This document shows, one piece after another, positions 1 through 10,933 of a stretch of DNA of 64,000 bases. The notes under the pieces were generated by a model that saw only the letters and a list, made by a program, of their open reading frames with translations, had not been told where the DNA came from and ran no database searches. The DNA comes from an uncultured Verrucomicrobiae bacterium (GTDB lineage: Bacteria; Verrucomicrobiota; Verrucomicrobiia; Chthoniobacterales; JAATET01): assembly GCA_963719495.1 (NCBI GenBank), contig CAVRCI010000006.1, positions 1 through 64,000 of the forward strand. Direction: 5' to 3'. Position 1 is the stretch's first letter, and each line of letters begins with the position of its first letter. The translations under genes were made by a program, and so were the position numbers.

Positions 1-192
1 CCTTGGGGGAAAGCGGCCAGGCCAGACTAATTCAACGCGCCTTTGACCGGCAGTTCCCACTCGTCAAATTTCTCGAGCAATTGATCCCGGACGGCGGCGT
101 AGGTCCGCAGGGTCTGCGCCGAAACGACTGTTTTCACCGCACCTGGGTCGAATCCGCGCGCCTCGATTCCCGCCCGCGCGTTGTAGGGCAGA

Positions 193-1008
193 TTAAGAGG
201 TGCCAGGATTTCGCCGACCATCCGCAAGTCGCCGCGAAATCGCCGTAGCCTCCTCCAAGGGCTGCCCCCGCCGACACGCGTCGAAAACGTGCATCATGTA
301 TTCCGGCAGGAAATTCGCCAACCCTCCGAGGCACCCCGCCGCCCCCTTCATCAAAAATTCCCCAAGCCGCGGATCGGCGGCCGTGAAGACCGAGAAATCA
401 TGTTCCCGCCCCAGAGCGATCAATTCGTCGTGGTAATCGAGTTCGCCGCCACTCTGCTTGATTCCGACCATCCGCGCCTGCTCCGCGAAACCACGGACGA
501 CCTCCGGCCCGATCCGGTTACCCGTCACTTCCGGGTAGTTGTAAAGATAAACGGGGAGATCGATCGCCTCGGATGCTCGCAGGAAGAATTCCAGAATGTC
601 CTCCTGCTCGAGCGGAAAAAACGGCGGTGGCATCAGCGCGATTCCCGCCGCTCCCAGCCTCTGGGCCGTCCGCCCTAGGGAAATGACGTCGTCCAGACGG
701 ATCGAACTGACGTTCACGATCGTCGGCAGGTCGCTTCTCAACGCCATAATCTCGCGCAACAGATTGGAGCGCGCTCCGAGTTCCATCCGCGCGAATTCGC
801 CCGTGCTTCCCAAGGCCAGAATCCCGTGCACTCCCTTCCGCTCCAGCCACGCAACGTGTCGCGCGAGCAAATCCGTCCGAGGTTCACCCGCCTCGTCGGT
901 CGGAATCCAGAGCGCTGCGATAATGCCGGAGCGTGGCGCGACCGGCGAGATCGGCATCGTCGCCAAAGAGGGTGCGTCGGGCTCAAGTGTTGGGGTCGTC
1001 GTCGTCAT
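193..1008 (-). CDS. Dihydrodipicolinate synthase / N-acetylneuraminate lyase family (DapA-like) aldolase
   Basis: 271-aa ORF with the GSTGEF motif and overall DHDPS-family sequence pattern. An alternative start lies at the internal Met (MPISPVAP...). Confidence 0.7.
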   Translation of the reverse strand: MTTTTPTLEPDAPSLATMPISPVAPRSGIIAALWIPTDEAGEPRTDLLARHVAWLERKGVHGILALGSTGEFARMELGARSNLLREIMALRSDLPTIVNVSSIRLDDVISLGRTAQRLGAAGIALMPPPFFPLEQEDILEFFLRASEAIDLPVYLYNYPEVTGNRIGPEVVRGFAEQARMVGIKQSGGELDYHDELIALGREHDFSVFTAADPRLGEFLMKGAAGCLGGLANFLPEYMMHVFDACRRGQPLEEATAISRRLADGRRNPGTS

Positions 1009-3055
1009 TCGTTTAAATCTTTATTCGCGGATACCGACCGCGGGTTTTTCAAGTAGTAGAATCGTCCGTCCTCCGCACCCGCGAGTAGGTCCGGAACAGA
1101 GTCGCCGTCCCAATCCACGATCGCAGGCGTGGTGCTGTGGCCCGCAAGACGCCGCCCATCGACCGGCCCCCGGTCTTCAAACACCCACTCGCCCTCCACG
1201 TCTGACACGTTGCGCAGAAAATTGACGTTGCGGCTGTTCACCAGCAGGTCCAGCCGCCCGTCGCCATCCCAGTCGACGAATGCGTAAGTCCGCCGTCCCG
1301 ACTTCCCCGCGTAGCCATCACTCAGACGGAGTAGACCATCCTCATCGCCCGTGGCCTTGTGCTTGGCGTCGAAGGTCGAAGGACCCCGCATCTGGAAACT
1401 CGCTGCCCCGGGAGCAGCACCCGTCCGCCGTCCCTATCGACCTGTCGATACCACGCGAGATACCCCTCGTGATCCACGCTCACCAGATCATTGATCCCAT
1501 CCCCGTCCAAATCGATCACCACCGGCGTGCAGCGCCACTCGACCACGAGTTCGTTCGCCTCCGGATCCCACCAATTCCACTCCGGCTTTGGCGGCGCACC
1601 TTCCCAAGCCACCCGCAGTGGCTCGGCCCCCGCCAGCTCGGGGGCGTCCGCCGTCCCCACGTTTCGATACCAGACGACCGTGCCCAGAATCGACCCCGCC
1701 ACGACGTCGACCAACCCATCGCCATCCCAATCGCCGACGCCGATGTTCGTGTAGCCCCACTTTGACTCCGCCGGACCCTGAATCGATCCGTTCGGTCCGG
1801 CCATGATCCGGATCGGCTCGCCGTCGGCCTCCAGCAGTTCCGGCTCCGCCCAAGTCGGCGGTGACCCGCCAAGGTTCTCGATGTATGCGATTTCGCCCGC
1901 CGCGTTGCCGGTCAAAATGTCATCCCGACCGTCGCCGTTCCAGTCGACCGAAACCGGCGACGTCAACACGCCGAAACGAACGTCGTCCGCGACCTGTCGG
2001 AAAAATTCGGGCCGCCGAAACTCCGGAATCCGCGCCACGACTTCCCCTTTGTTGTCCGTCACGTCGACGAACTCCCCCGTATTCTCGAGCCACGCCGTCC
2101 GGCTGTCCTCCTGCGAGACCACGAGGTCCGGTCGACCGTCGCCGTTCCAGTCTGCTCCCGTCACCACGATCATCTCCAGCGGCATCGTGATCGGCTCACC
2201 GTCGAAACGAAGCCGCTGACCCGGCGCATATTTCGGCTCCTCGCGCGTTCCGATGTTTTCGAAAAACGTCAAACCATCCACGAACTCCCCGCAGATGAGG
2301 TCCAATTTCCCCGTCCCCCGGAAGTCCGCGAACACCGGCGACGGCATTCCGTAAACGTCGATGTCCCGGCCATCCGCCTGAAGTCGCACCGGCTCCGCGT
2401 AATCTGGCTCATCGTCCGTGCCACGATTTTTCAGCACGTAAACGAAGCCGTGCAGCGGCCCGTTCACCCAACGCCCGTTCGCGTCGTAGGCGTCGTCCCA
2501 ACCGTAGTCCGTCCAATCCCCCACCCCCACGACGAGATCGAGCACCCCGTCACCATCGTAGTCCACGTAGCTCCACTGCTTGCCGCGGGTCCGCCCGCTC
2601 GACTCGTGCACGGATTTTTCGTCAACCGGTAGGTTTTTCCCGTCTCCAAACCCCTGCTCCAGAAAATCCGGATACTCGACCCCCGGCCCCAGCACCTCGC
2701 GGCCCCGCCCGGCGTCTTCGACAGCGTGAGGTCATTCCTTCCGTCACCGATCCGAGTGGGTGCGGCGAAAAAGCGGCCCGCCCGTCTTCTCATCCACCCG
2801 CCCAGTATTCTCGTAGTAGAACGTCCCCTTCGGCATCGCACCCGCCACCAACGTCAAATCGAGATGCCCGTCCCCATTCCGATCCACGACCATCGGCCAC
2901 CCCCAAAGCCCGACGCCCAGGTCCGCCGTCAGACCTTCGACTCCGTGCGTGATCGGCGCGAATCGCTCCGGCATCTCGTCCGCCAGCGCTCCGCCCACGC
3001 CTCCAATCACCAGTGCCATCACTCCAAGCTTCGGGGAAAACGCCGTCAAATTCAT
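1005..3055 (-). CDS. Secreted FG-GAP/VCBS-repeat (integrin-alpha-like) protein, reading frame broken in several places
   Basis: N-terminal signal peptide (MNLTAFSPKLGVMALVIGGVGGALA). Repeated DxDGDG / DWDGDG / NGDGHLDL motifs occur in three consecutive ORF pieces (3055-2744, 2695-1322, 1391-1005). Two frameshifts lie within ~50 bp around 2700-2760 at G homopolymers. The alternate frame there encodes IGDGRNDLTL. A further frame change lies around 1322-1391. Confidence 0.6.
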
Positions 3056-3127
3056 CTCCAGCCACGAAAACTCAACCCCGACGCGATCGCAAGCAAAAAG
3101 GTTTTAGCAGATCGTTAAAGACGAATC

Positions 3128-4224
3128 TCAGACCGATTGGATCGCCGATCTCGGCACCTTGTCACCCAGCGAATCCCGCAGACTCTCGTCCACCGGCACC
3201 GTCACGCGTGAGTCGGTCGGGGCACCCCCTAGCTGCTTGAAGAGGAGTTCGCTCGCTTCCGTCGCCAATCGTGGATGCGACACCCCCACGCAAGACAGGG
3301 GAGGATCGAAGAACGGAGCCAGGTCGTAATCGCCGACACCGATCACCGCCACGTCCTTCGGAATCCGCAACCCCGCTTCCTTGATCGCCCGATAAGCACC
3401 CATCGCGAGCGCGTCGGACACCGCGTAAAGTGAGTCGCAACGCTGACCGCTCCCGAGGAACGTCCGCATCGCTAAATACCCACCTTCCTCCGAAAGGGAC
3501 GGGGCCACGATCTCCGCCGGATCCTCGCCGTGAAAATGACGGGACCGCTCACCGAACATCGCACCCGCTGCCGGGTGGTCTGCGTCATCGGTTCCCCGTG
3601 TAGCACGGCCGGACGAACCCGATTTTTCCGCTGAAACAACTCCGCGACCCGTCCGCCCGACCCATCGTCTTCCACCACGCAAGGCAGCGACGCGATCACC
3701 CGGTTAATCAGCACGACCGGATACGGAAGCCGCACTCCGGCCAGGAATTCATCGTCCTCCGCGATCGTGTTCATGATGATCGCCGCGTTAAATCCGTGGC
3801 CGGTCAACAGTCCGGGCAGCTCGCGCAAGCGACCAGCGGAGAACATCTCGATCATCAACGAGTAGGTGTGCCGCCCCGTGGTCGCCACCACCTTCTCGGC
3901 TTCCGCGTGGAGGGCGGCCACGAAGTGGTTCACCAACGGAATCGGAGCTTCGAAACTCGAGATCAGCGCCAGAATAACGGTGTTTTTGACGGTCTCCCCG
4001 CTCCGCAACCGCCGCGCATTGATGTTCGGCAGATAGCCCATGCTCGCCGCCGCCTGCCGAATCGCCTCCGCCGTCGCGTCAGGAATCCGCCGCTCGACCT
4101 GCCGGTTATTTAGAACGCTCGAGACCGCGCCAACCGAAACGCCCGCCAATTCGGCAATGTCCTGCAAGTTGATTCGCCGCCCCCCGGCACGCGTCGGCGT
4201 TGGCTTCTTCTCCGCTGACTTCAT
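3128..4224 (-). CDS. LacI-family transcriptional regulator, frameshifted near 3600-3680
   Basis: N-terminal HTH (INLQDIAELAGVSVGAVSSVLNN) lies in ORF 3472-4332. The C-terminal periplasmic-binding-like domain (AVSDALAMGAYRAIKEAGLRIPKDVAVIGVGD) lies in overlapping ORF 3128-3682 in another frame. A T5 run near 3611 is a likely indel site. Confidence 0.7.
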
Positions 4225-4523
4225 CAGGGCTGCGATACTCGATCCCGATCTCTCCGAGTGCAACCGAACATATTTGGGGAATTCCTTCCTTCCCGAATTC
4301 AACGACAACCAACCCACGGGGACCGCGAGCATCCTGCTCGCCGTGCGAGGCTTCTAGCCTCGCACTCGTAGCCAAATGCGAAGCATCATATCCTTCGCGC
4401 CACGTCAAAGAACCCTCCGCCAAATGAGAGACTCTGCGACGGCCTTCCCACCGCCATGCCCATCGCCGACACCCTCGGCAACCTCGCCGCCATCGACCAA
4501 TGGCGCGCCGCCATCGGCCTCAG

Positions 4524-5168
4524 CTACTCCTGAACCTCCCGAACCGCCCGGCGTTTGACCACGCGACCACCGCCCTCGGCGACCCCATTCTCGTCCATCG
4601 TCGCCACCAGATCGTCGTCGACCCGCAGATCCACCAGCTTCCACGAGGCATCCCCGACCGCGTCGTAAAAATAAAATTTCCACCGCAACGGCAACAGCTC
4701 GCCCCGCAGCAAAAACGTCCACCGCTCCAGAAAATCCCCGACCCGCTCCTTCGACACGAGTTCGTAACCGTGGGTCGGCCCGTAGGCATCCAGCGCCGTC
4801 TGCGTCTGCATCCGCAGTTGCTTCGATTCCTCCGCCCGCGAAGCCACCACGGTTCCAGCCGTCAGCCCCTCGTAAGCCAAATCCACCCGATCCGCTTCGA
4901 TCTCGGCGAAGAACGCCTTCACCATTTCGTCCGGCATCCGCTTCGCCAGCGGAGCAGCCGGGGCCGGCGCCGACTCAGGTGATGCCGTTGCCTCGGGAGT
5001 CGCCACCGGTTCCGCCTTCAGTTCCATCGGCAGCTTCCTTGGCGTCGAGGATTCCTCCCGCACCTCCGGCGGCGCATTTTGAATCCCCCCATCCTGCGCA
5101 AACCCCACCGCGCACCACCCGACCCAGCCCAATCCGATCCAAAAACCCAGCTTCTTCATAATCTTCAC
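4524..5168 (-). CDS. Hypothetical secreted protein
   Basis: 214-aa ORF with N-terminal signal peptide (MKIMKKLGFWIGLGWVGWCAVGFA). Its start overlaps the stop of the upstream ORF by 4 nt. No recognisable family. Confidence 0.4.
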   Translation of the reverse strand: MKIMKKLGFWIGLGWVGWCAVGFAQDGGIQNAPPEVREESSTPRKLPMELKAEPVATPEATASPESAPAPAAPLAKRMPDEMVKAFFAEIEADRVDLAYEGLTAGTVVASRAEESKQLRMQTQTALDAYGPTHGYELVSKERVGDFLERWTFLLRGELLPLRWKFYFYDAVGDASWKLVDLRVDDDLVATMDENGVAEGGGRVVKRRAVREVQE

Positions 5169-5650
5169 TTTCCGTAACCAACCCGCCTTGGATCAACGTG
5201 CAGCTTAGCCCCGTCACTCTCGCTCGGCGAGTAATCCGGACGATAATTCATTTCGATCAATTCATGGCGTCGAAACACTGGCCGCCCCGTCACCGACGAC
5301 CGGACAAACGTCCACCGATGCCGCAAATCCGCGATGAGGTGCTCTCCGCCGCCATCCGACTTCCTCCGCCAGGTGTCCCATACCATTTCCGAAGTCATCA
5401 CCAGGGGTGGCCCCGCCGACTCCACCTTGAAGTTGTAATACAGGTGCTGCTCGTCAAAAAATTGCGCCTTCAACCCATCGTGCTCCCGCAGTCCGGCCAG
5501 CCCGATGAGCTTCGTATCCTTGAAGCGAATTTCAAAATCCTCGCCCGACGTAAACCCCAACACCGTCTCCGGCGCGGCGTGATGATCAAACAAATCCGCC
5601 CATCGCCGAATCAACTCCCTCCCCTCAAACTCGCTCACCGCCTGCTCCAT
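5165..5650 (-). CDS. Hypothetical protein
   Basis: 161-aa ORF, divergent from serS and 4-nt overlap with the downstream ORF. No recognisable motif. Confidence 0.4.
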   Translation of the reverse strand: MEQAVSEFEGRELIRRWADLFDHHAAPETVLGFTSGEDFEIRFKDTKLIGLAGLREHDGLKAQFFDEQHLYYNFKVESAGPPLVMTSEMVWDTWRRKSDGGGEHLIADLRHRWTFVRSSVTGRPVFRRHELIEMNYRPDYSPSESDGAKLHVDPRRVGYGK

Positions 5651-5744
5651 CCCAGCAACCTACCCCTGCCCACCAATTCTGTTAATCCCGAAAATCCTGC
5701 AAAATCCTGTTTAGTTCCCTCCCCAAGGCGTTAGAAAACTCGAA

Positions 5745-7016
5745 ATGCTCGACATCCGCCAGATCCGCGAAAATCCCGATGCCACCAAGACCCGTCTACG
5801 CTCGCGCAACGCCGACCACGACGCCGACGTCGACACCCTCCTCCAGATCGACGCCGACCGCCGCCGCGCCGAGACCGAACTCCAGCAGGTTCAAGCCGAC
5901 CGCAAACGCCTCAGCAAACAGATCGGCGCCCTCCGCGCCCAGCATCAGGACACCACCGCCATCGAAGCCGAGGTCAAAGCCTTCGGCCAGTCCCTCGAGA
6001 CCCTCGCCGTCGCCGCCGAAGAAGCCGACGCCCGCCAGACGGACCTCCTCCTCCGCCTTCCCAATCTCCCGCAGGAATCCGTCCCGGTCGGCACCACCGA
6101 AGCCGACAATCCCGAGCTCCGCACCTGGGGCGAAAAGCCCACCACCGCCACCGGCGAAGATCACCTCGCCATCGCCGCCCGCCTCGGACTCATGGACCTC
6201 GACCGCGCCGTTAAAGTCGCCGGCAGCGGTTTCACCTGTTTCACCGGAGCCGGTGCCCGACTCGAGCGCGCCCTGATTTCCTTCCTGCTCGACCTCCACA
6301 CCACCGAGCACGGCTACACCGAGATCGCCCCCCCGTTCCTCGTCCGCCGCGAATGCATGGTCGGTACCAGCCAGCTCCCGAAGTTTGAAGACGACATGTA
6401 TGGAGTCGACGGCGGTGCCGCGTTCCTCGCCCCCACGGCGGAAGTCCCCGTCACCAATCTCCACCGCGAAGAATTGTTGTCCTTGGACCAACTCCCCATC
6501 GCCTACACCGCCTACACCCCCTGCTTCCGACGCGAGGCCGGGTCCGCCGGACGCGACACGCGCGGCATCATCCGCCTGCACCAATTCGACAAAGTCGAAC
6601 TCGTCCGCATCGTCGCCCCCGAGGACTCCCCCGCCGCGCTCGAAGCCATCACCTCCCAAGCCGAGAAGGTCCTCCAGCTCCTCGGCCTGCACTACCGCGT
6701 GATCGAACTCTGCACCGGCGATCTCGGCTTCGGCTCGGCAAAAACCTACGACATCGAAGTCTGGGCTCCCGGCCAGAACGCCTACCTCGAAGTCTCGAGC
6801 TGCTCGAATTTCGAGGACTACCAGGCCCGCCGCATGAACCTCCGCTTCAAGAACGCCGAAGGCAAAAATCAATTCTGCCACACCCTCAACGGCTCCGGCA
6901 CCGCCTTGGCGCGCCTCTACGTCGCCATCCTGGAAACCTACGCTCAACCCGACGGCACCATCGCCCTCCCCGAGCCCCTGCACCGCTATTTCGGAGCGCC
7001 GACCATCCCCGCCTGA
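5745..7016 (+). CDS. serS: Seryl-tRNA synthetase
   Basis: 423 aa with an N-terminal coiled-coil arm and a class II aaRS core. Conserved stretches include FDKVELVRIV, GSGTALARLYVAILETYAQPDGTIALPEPL and YTPCFRREAGSAGRDTRGIIRLHQF. Confidence 0.9.
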   Translation: MLDIRQIRENPDATKTRLRSRNADHDADVDTLLQIDADRRRAETELQQVQADRKRLSKQIGALRAQHQDTTAIEAEVKAFGQSLETLAVAAEEADARQTDLLLRLPNLPQESVPVGTTEADNPELRTWGEKPTTATGEDHLAIAARLGLMDLDRAVKVAGSGFTCFTGAGARLERALISFLLDLHTTEHGYTEIAPPFLVRRECMVGTSQLPKFEDDMYGVDGGAAFLAPTAEVPVTNLHREELLSLDQLPIAYTAYTPCFRREAGSAGRDTRGIIRLHQFDKVELVRIVAPEDSPAALEAITSQAEKVLQLLGLHYRVIELCTGDLGFGSAKTYDIEVWAPGQNAYLEVSSCSNFEDYQARRMNLRFKNAEGKNQFCHTLNGSGTALARLYVAILETYAQPDGTIALPEPLHRYFGAPTIPA

Positions 7017-7070
7017 TCACCCTTTCCCTTCCCAACGGGCCAAATTTTTCCTTAAAAACTCTCTCCACCA

Positions 7071-7995
7071 ATGTTGCCTCCCGTTCCCTTGAGAGTCGCC
7101 GGGGCGTTCAAATGGCCACAATTGAGTCGATTCATCGACGATCTGCATTCTGTCTCGACTGCCAAATCAGGCTGCTTCGAACTCGACCTCAGCGGTCTCG
7201 GGTTTTGCGAACCTATCGGCCTCACCTGCCTCGCTGCGGGAATGCATTACCTACACCTCCGGGAGCAGGAATGCTCGATGATTCATCGCCCGTCGGACCT
7301 TGACGTTAGTCACTATCTCGAACGTTTCGGATTGTTCGAAATGCTGGGTGAGGAAGACCTCTACCCCTATCAACGACGCCCACCAGCGGGCCGTTTCCGC
7401 CGAGTTGATTCGACTGACAGGCCGCGAGGAAGTCGTCGCTGCAACGACCGCCGTCTGCGATGTATTCGAACAGAGTCTCGGCCTGGACCCCACCGCCCGG
7501 CGAGTCATCGACAATGTTCTTTCGGAAATAACCGAGAACGTCTTCCACCACGCCCATTCGCCCACCGGTGCCTACCTGTGTTGCCAGGGCTACCAGGACC
7601 GCCTTACGGCAACCATTGTCGATCTTGGAGATGGAATTGGGCGCCGACTCACCGACACCCCGGCGCTCAAACAAAAAATCGAATTTCACGGTGGACCACT
7701 CCAAGCCGCCATCGCGGCCGGGGTGACCAGCCGCCCAGCGCACAATTCCGGCTACGGGCTCGCCATCACCTCACAGATGATTTTACAGAATCACGGCACG
7801 CTCCAGATTCACTCCCAGCGCGACAGATTAATTCAACACGGCGAAAGCATCCGCGAGGAAACGGTCGAAAGTCGGTGGCCGGGTACGGTGATCAATATCG
7901 TCGTCGATCGATCTCGACCTCTTGACATGAAAGCGATTTACGAAGCGGCGTGGCCGACAGAGACCAACGACGGGATTGATTTCCTCGATGGATGA
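7071..7995 (+). CDS. GHKL/HATPase_c-type ATP-binding protein (anti-sigma-factor-like serine kinase), frameshifted near 7380
   Basis: N box (ENVFHHAH), G1 box (VDLGDGIG) and G2 box (GYGLAI) lie in ORF 7300-7995. The first ~100 aa lie in ORF 7071-7925 in another frame. Confidence 0.55.
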
Positions 7996-8043
7996 TGACA
8001 GTTTAAACGGTCGATTCTTTAGAGGAGAACCACGTTTCCATTC

Positions 8044-8331
8044 ATGACTACCATTAACCTCGCTTCCGATTTTGGTGATCTTTTGAAAACACGCTTCGAA
8101 GGAGACCTTCTGCGGGTCCAGATCGAACGATTTCTCGCCATCGAGCAGGAGATTCGAGTCGATTTCTCCGGGGTCGCCGGGATTTCCCATTCGTTTGCCG
8201 ACGAGTGTTTTGGCACCCTTTTTTCGGAACACGGGCCTGATCTGTTTCGAACGAGGTTGCACCTATCCGGGCTCAACGACGAAATCAAACTCGCGCTCCG
8301 CTGGGTGTTTTCAGACCGACAGAAGGTCTGA
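8044..8331 (+). CDS. DUF4325 / STAS-like small protein (candidate partner of the upstream HATPase protein)
   Basis: 95-aa ORF 49 bp downstream of the HATPase gene. Size and sequence pattern match the DUF4325 family that co-occurs with HATPase_c_2 proteins (recalled from memory, not searched). Confidence 0.5.
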   Translation: MTTINLASDFGDLLKTRFEGDLLRVQIERFLAIEQEIRVDFSGVAGISHSFADECFGTLFSEHGPDLFRTRLHLSGLNDEIKLALRWVFSDRQKV

Positions 8332-8341
8332 TTCCGCTGCC

Positions 8342-10809
8342 TCACCCAGCAAACAAATCCATCTGATCCGCATTCGCGATCGCCGCCATGTCGCGGCGTT
8401 TCCTCCCGCCCGCCGCGATCACCGGCTTCCCCTCGGCGTTCAATTCACTCTTTTCGAGGTTCGCCAGGATCTGCTTGGCCCGGCCGATGATCGATGGCGG
8501 CAGGCCCGCCAGCCGCCCGACCTGGATCCCGTAACTCTGGTCCGCTCGACCCGGCACGATCTTCCGCAAGAAGATCACCTCGTCGTTCCACTCCCGCACC
8601 GACACGCTCAGATTTTTCACCCCGTCCCGCGTCCGGTCCAGATCGGTCAGTTCGTGGTAATGCGTGGCGAACAACGTCCGGCACCCGATCTCGTCGTGCA
8701 AATGCTCGGCCACGCTCCACGCAATCGACAGCCCGTCGAACGTCGACGTCCCCCGCCCGATCTCGTCCAGGATCACGAGGCTGTCGCGCGTCGCGTTATT
8801 GATGATGTTCGCCGTCTCGTTCATCTCGACCATGAACGTCGACTGCCCGCGCGACAGATCGTCATTCGCTCCCACTCGGGTAAAAATCCGATCCGTCACC
8901 CCGATCCGCGCCGTCGCCGCCGGAACGAAACTCCCCACCTGCGCCATCAGCACCAGCAGCGCGACCTGCCGAATGTAAGTGCTTTTCCCCGCCATATTGG
9001 GGCCCGTCAAAATCGCGAACCGCCCGTCGGCCAGAGCCAGCGACGTGTCGTTCGGCACGAACCGCTCCTCGCCCGTCCGTTGATCCAGCACCGGATGCCG
9101 ACCCTCCGTGATCTCGAGCGATCCATCGTCCACGATTTCCGGTCGGCAATAGCCAAACGTCCGCGCCGTCTCCGCCAGCGACGCCAACGAATCGACCGCA
9201 CCCAGCGCCGCCGCCGTCTCCTGGATCTCCCCCAGCGCCTCGTTCACCCGCCGCCGCAACCGCTGGAAAATTTCGATTTCCACCGCCTTGCTCCGCTCTT
9301 CCGCACCGAGAATCTTCCCCTCGATCTCCTTGAGTTCCGGCGTGATGAAGCGCTCGGAATTCGTGGTCGTCTGCTTGCGGTGATAGTCCTCCGGGACGTT
9401 CGCGAGATTCGACTTCGTGATCTCGATGAAGTAGCCGAAGACGGAATTAAATCGCACCTTCAGCGATTTGATCCCGTTCGCTCGATCTCCCGCTCCTGCA
9501 ATCGCGCGATCCACTCCTTCCCCTCACGCCCCGCCGCCCGCAGCTCATCCAGCGTCTCGTCGTAGCCTTCGCGGACCATCCCGCCATCGCGGATCAACGC
9601 CGGAGGCTCGTCGACAATGCCCGCCCGCAGCTCGCCTGCCAAATCCGGCAGCTCGTGAAGCTCGCCGACCAGCGCCGACTCCACGCCCAGCCCCCCGGCA
9701 CTATCCCGGACCCGGGGCACCTGCTCGAGCGAAGCCGCCACGGCGGCCAGGTCCCGCGCGTTTCCTGCCGAGCCACTCAGCCGCGCCGCCGACCGCTCGA
9801 GGTCCCGAATTCCCGCCAGCGCGTCGCGCAACTCCGCCAGCGCGATGGGATTTTCCAGGCAACGCCCGACCACGTCCTGCCGCGCGCGGATCGCATCGAC
9901 CTCGCGCAGCGGATGGAGAATCCACTCCCGCAGCGTCCGCGCGCCCATCGGCGTCACGGTGGCGTCCAGCGAGCCGAGCAACGTCATCGCCCGCCCCCCG
10001 CGCGAACCCACCAACTCGAGGTGCGTCTGCGTCACCGCATCGAGAATCAGGAATTCGCTGACCCGATACGGTCGCAGCCCGCGCAGATGCGCCACGTTCC
10101 GCCGCATTTGCCGCGTCAGATAATGCAGCACCGCGCCAGCCGCGCTCACGGCGGCGCGCATCCCCGAGCAGCCGAAGCCATCGAGCGACTGGACCTTGAA
10201 GTGCTCCAGCAAAAGCGCCTCCGCAGGCTCCGTCTCGAAGACGTAGCCCTCGATGGCAAGCGCCTTCCCAGCCGCTTCCAAGAGTGACGCCTGTTCCTCG
10301 GGCACGAGCAATTCCGCCGGCGCCATCCGCGCCAATTCGTCGAGCAACTGCGCCTCCGTCGCGACCTCGGTGAGCCGAAATTCCCCCGTACTCAGGTCGG
10401 CGAAGGCGAGCCCGAAGCACCCCTTCCGCTCGCAGACAGCGGCGAGGTAATTCTGCTTCCGCTCGTCGAGGCCGAAGTCATCCAACGTCCCCGCGCTAAG
10501 AATTTGCGCCAGCTCGCGCCGCACCAGTTTCCCCGCCTGGACCTCGCCGACCTGATCGCAGATCGCGACCCGCTTCCCGGCGGCGATCAGCTTCTCGATG
10601 TAGCCCTTGGCGGCGTGAAACGGCACCCCGCACATCGGCGTGGTCCCGCGCTTGGTCAGCGCAACGTTCAGCAGGGCGGACGCTTCCTTCGCGTCGTCGC
10701 CAAACATTTCGTAGAAATCCCCGAGACGAAAAAACAGCAGCGTGTCCGGCGGCAGCTCGCGCCGCACGGCCAGATACTGCCGCATCATCGGAGTCACTTT
10801 GTCAGACAT
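8342..10809 (-). CDS. mutS: DNA mismatch repair protein MutS, frameshifted near 9460-9514
   Basis: N-terminal mismatch-binding domain ([32 protein letters not shown]) lies in ORF 9460-10809. C-terminal ABC ATPase ([49 protein letters not shown]) lies in ORF 8342-9514. The ORFs overlap in different frames at C homopolymers. Confidence 0.85.
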
Positions 10810-10925
10810 CGGATGAGGATTGGAACAGAAGGAAACGAAGGAAACAAAGAATACCGAAATTCTGGAAAATTCCGCGCAGCGGAAGCGCCAGAATGCTCTT
10901 CTTCACCCCTTCGTTATCTTCGTTC
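10806..10925. repeat. GAACGAAG-rich inverted-repeat intergenic element, copy A
   Basis: Left arm gaacagaaggaaacgaaggaaacaaagaata and right arm cttcgttatcttcgttctcttctgttc are reverse-complementary. It lies between the miaB stop and the mutS start. A related copy lies at 19752-19855. Confidence 0.5.
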
Positions 10926-10933
10926 TCTTCTGT

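Noticed and set aside
2695-2750. Possible TGA recoding (selenocysteine or alternative genetic code) at the two in-frame TGA codons of the FG-GAP gene
   Set aside because: TGA is used as a normal stop by neighbouring genes such as serS. The alternate frame across this stretch encodes a canonical FG-GAP motif (IGDGRNDLTL), so the stops arise from two nearby frameshifts in G runs.
5796-6983. Long antisense ORFs opposite well-supported genes (for example 5796-6983 minus opposite serS, 22759-24582 minus opposite flotillin, 26225-27502, 27515-29659 and 30215-31408 minus opposite the giant ATPase, 14992-16311 minus opposite the Amt fusion, 10820-12169 plus opposite miaB)
   Set aside because: They have the low-complexity Gly/Ala/Arg/Asp-rich composition typical of the antisense strand of high-GC coding DNA. 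The sense-strand gene has clear homology in each case.
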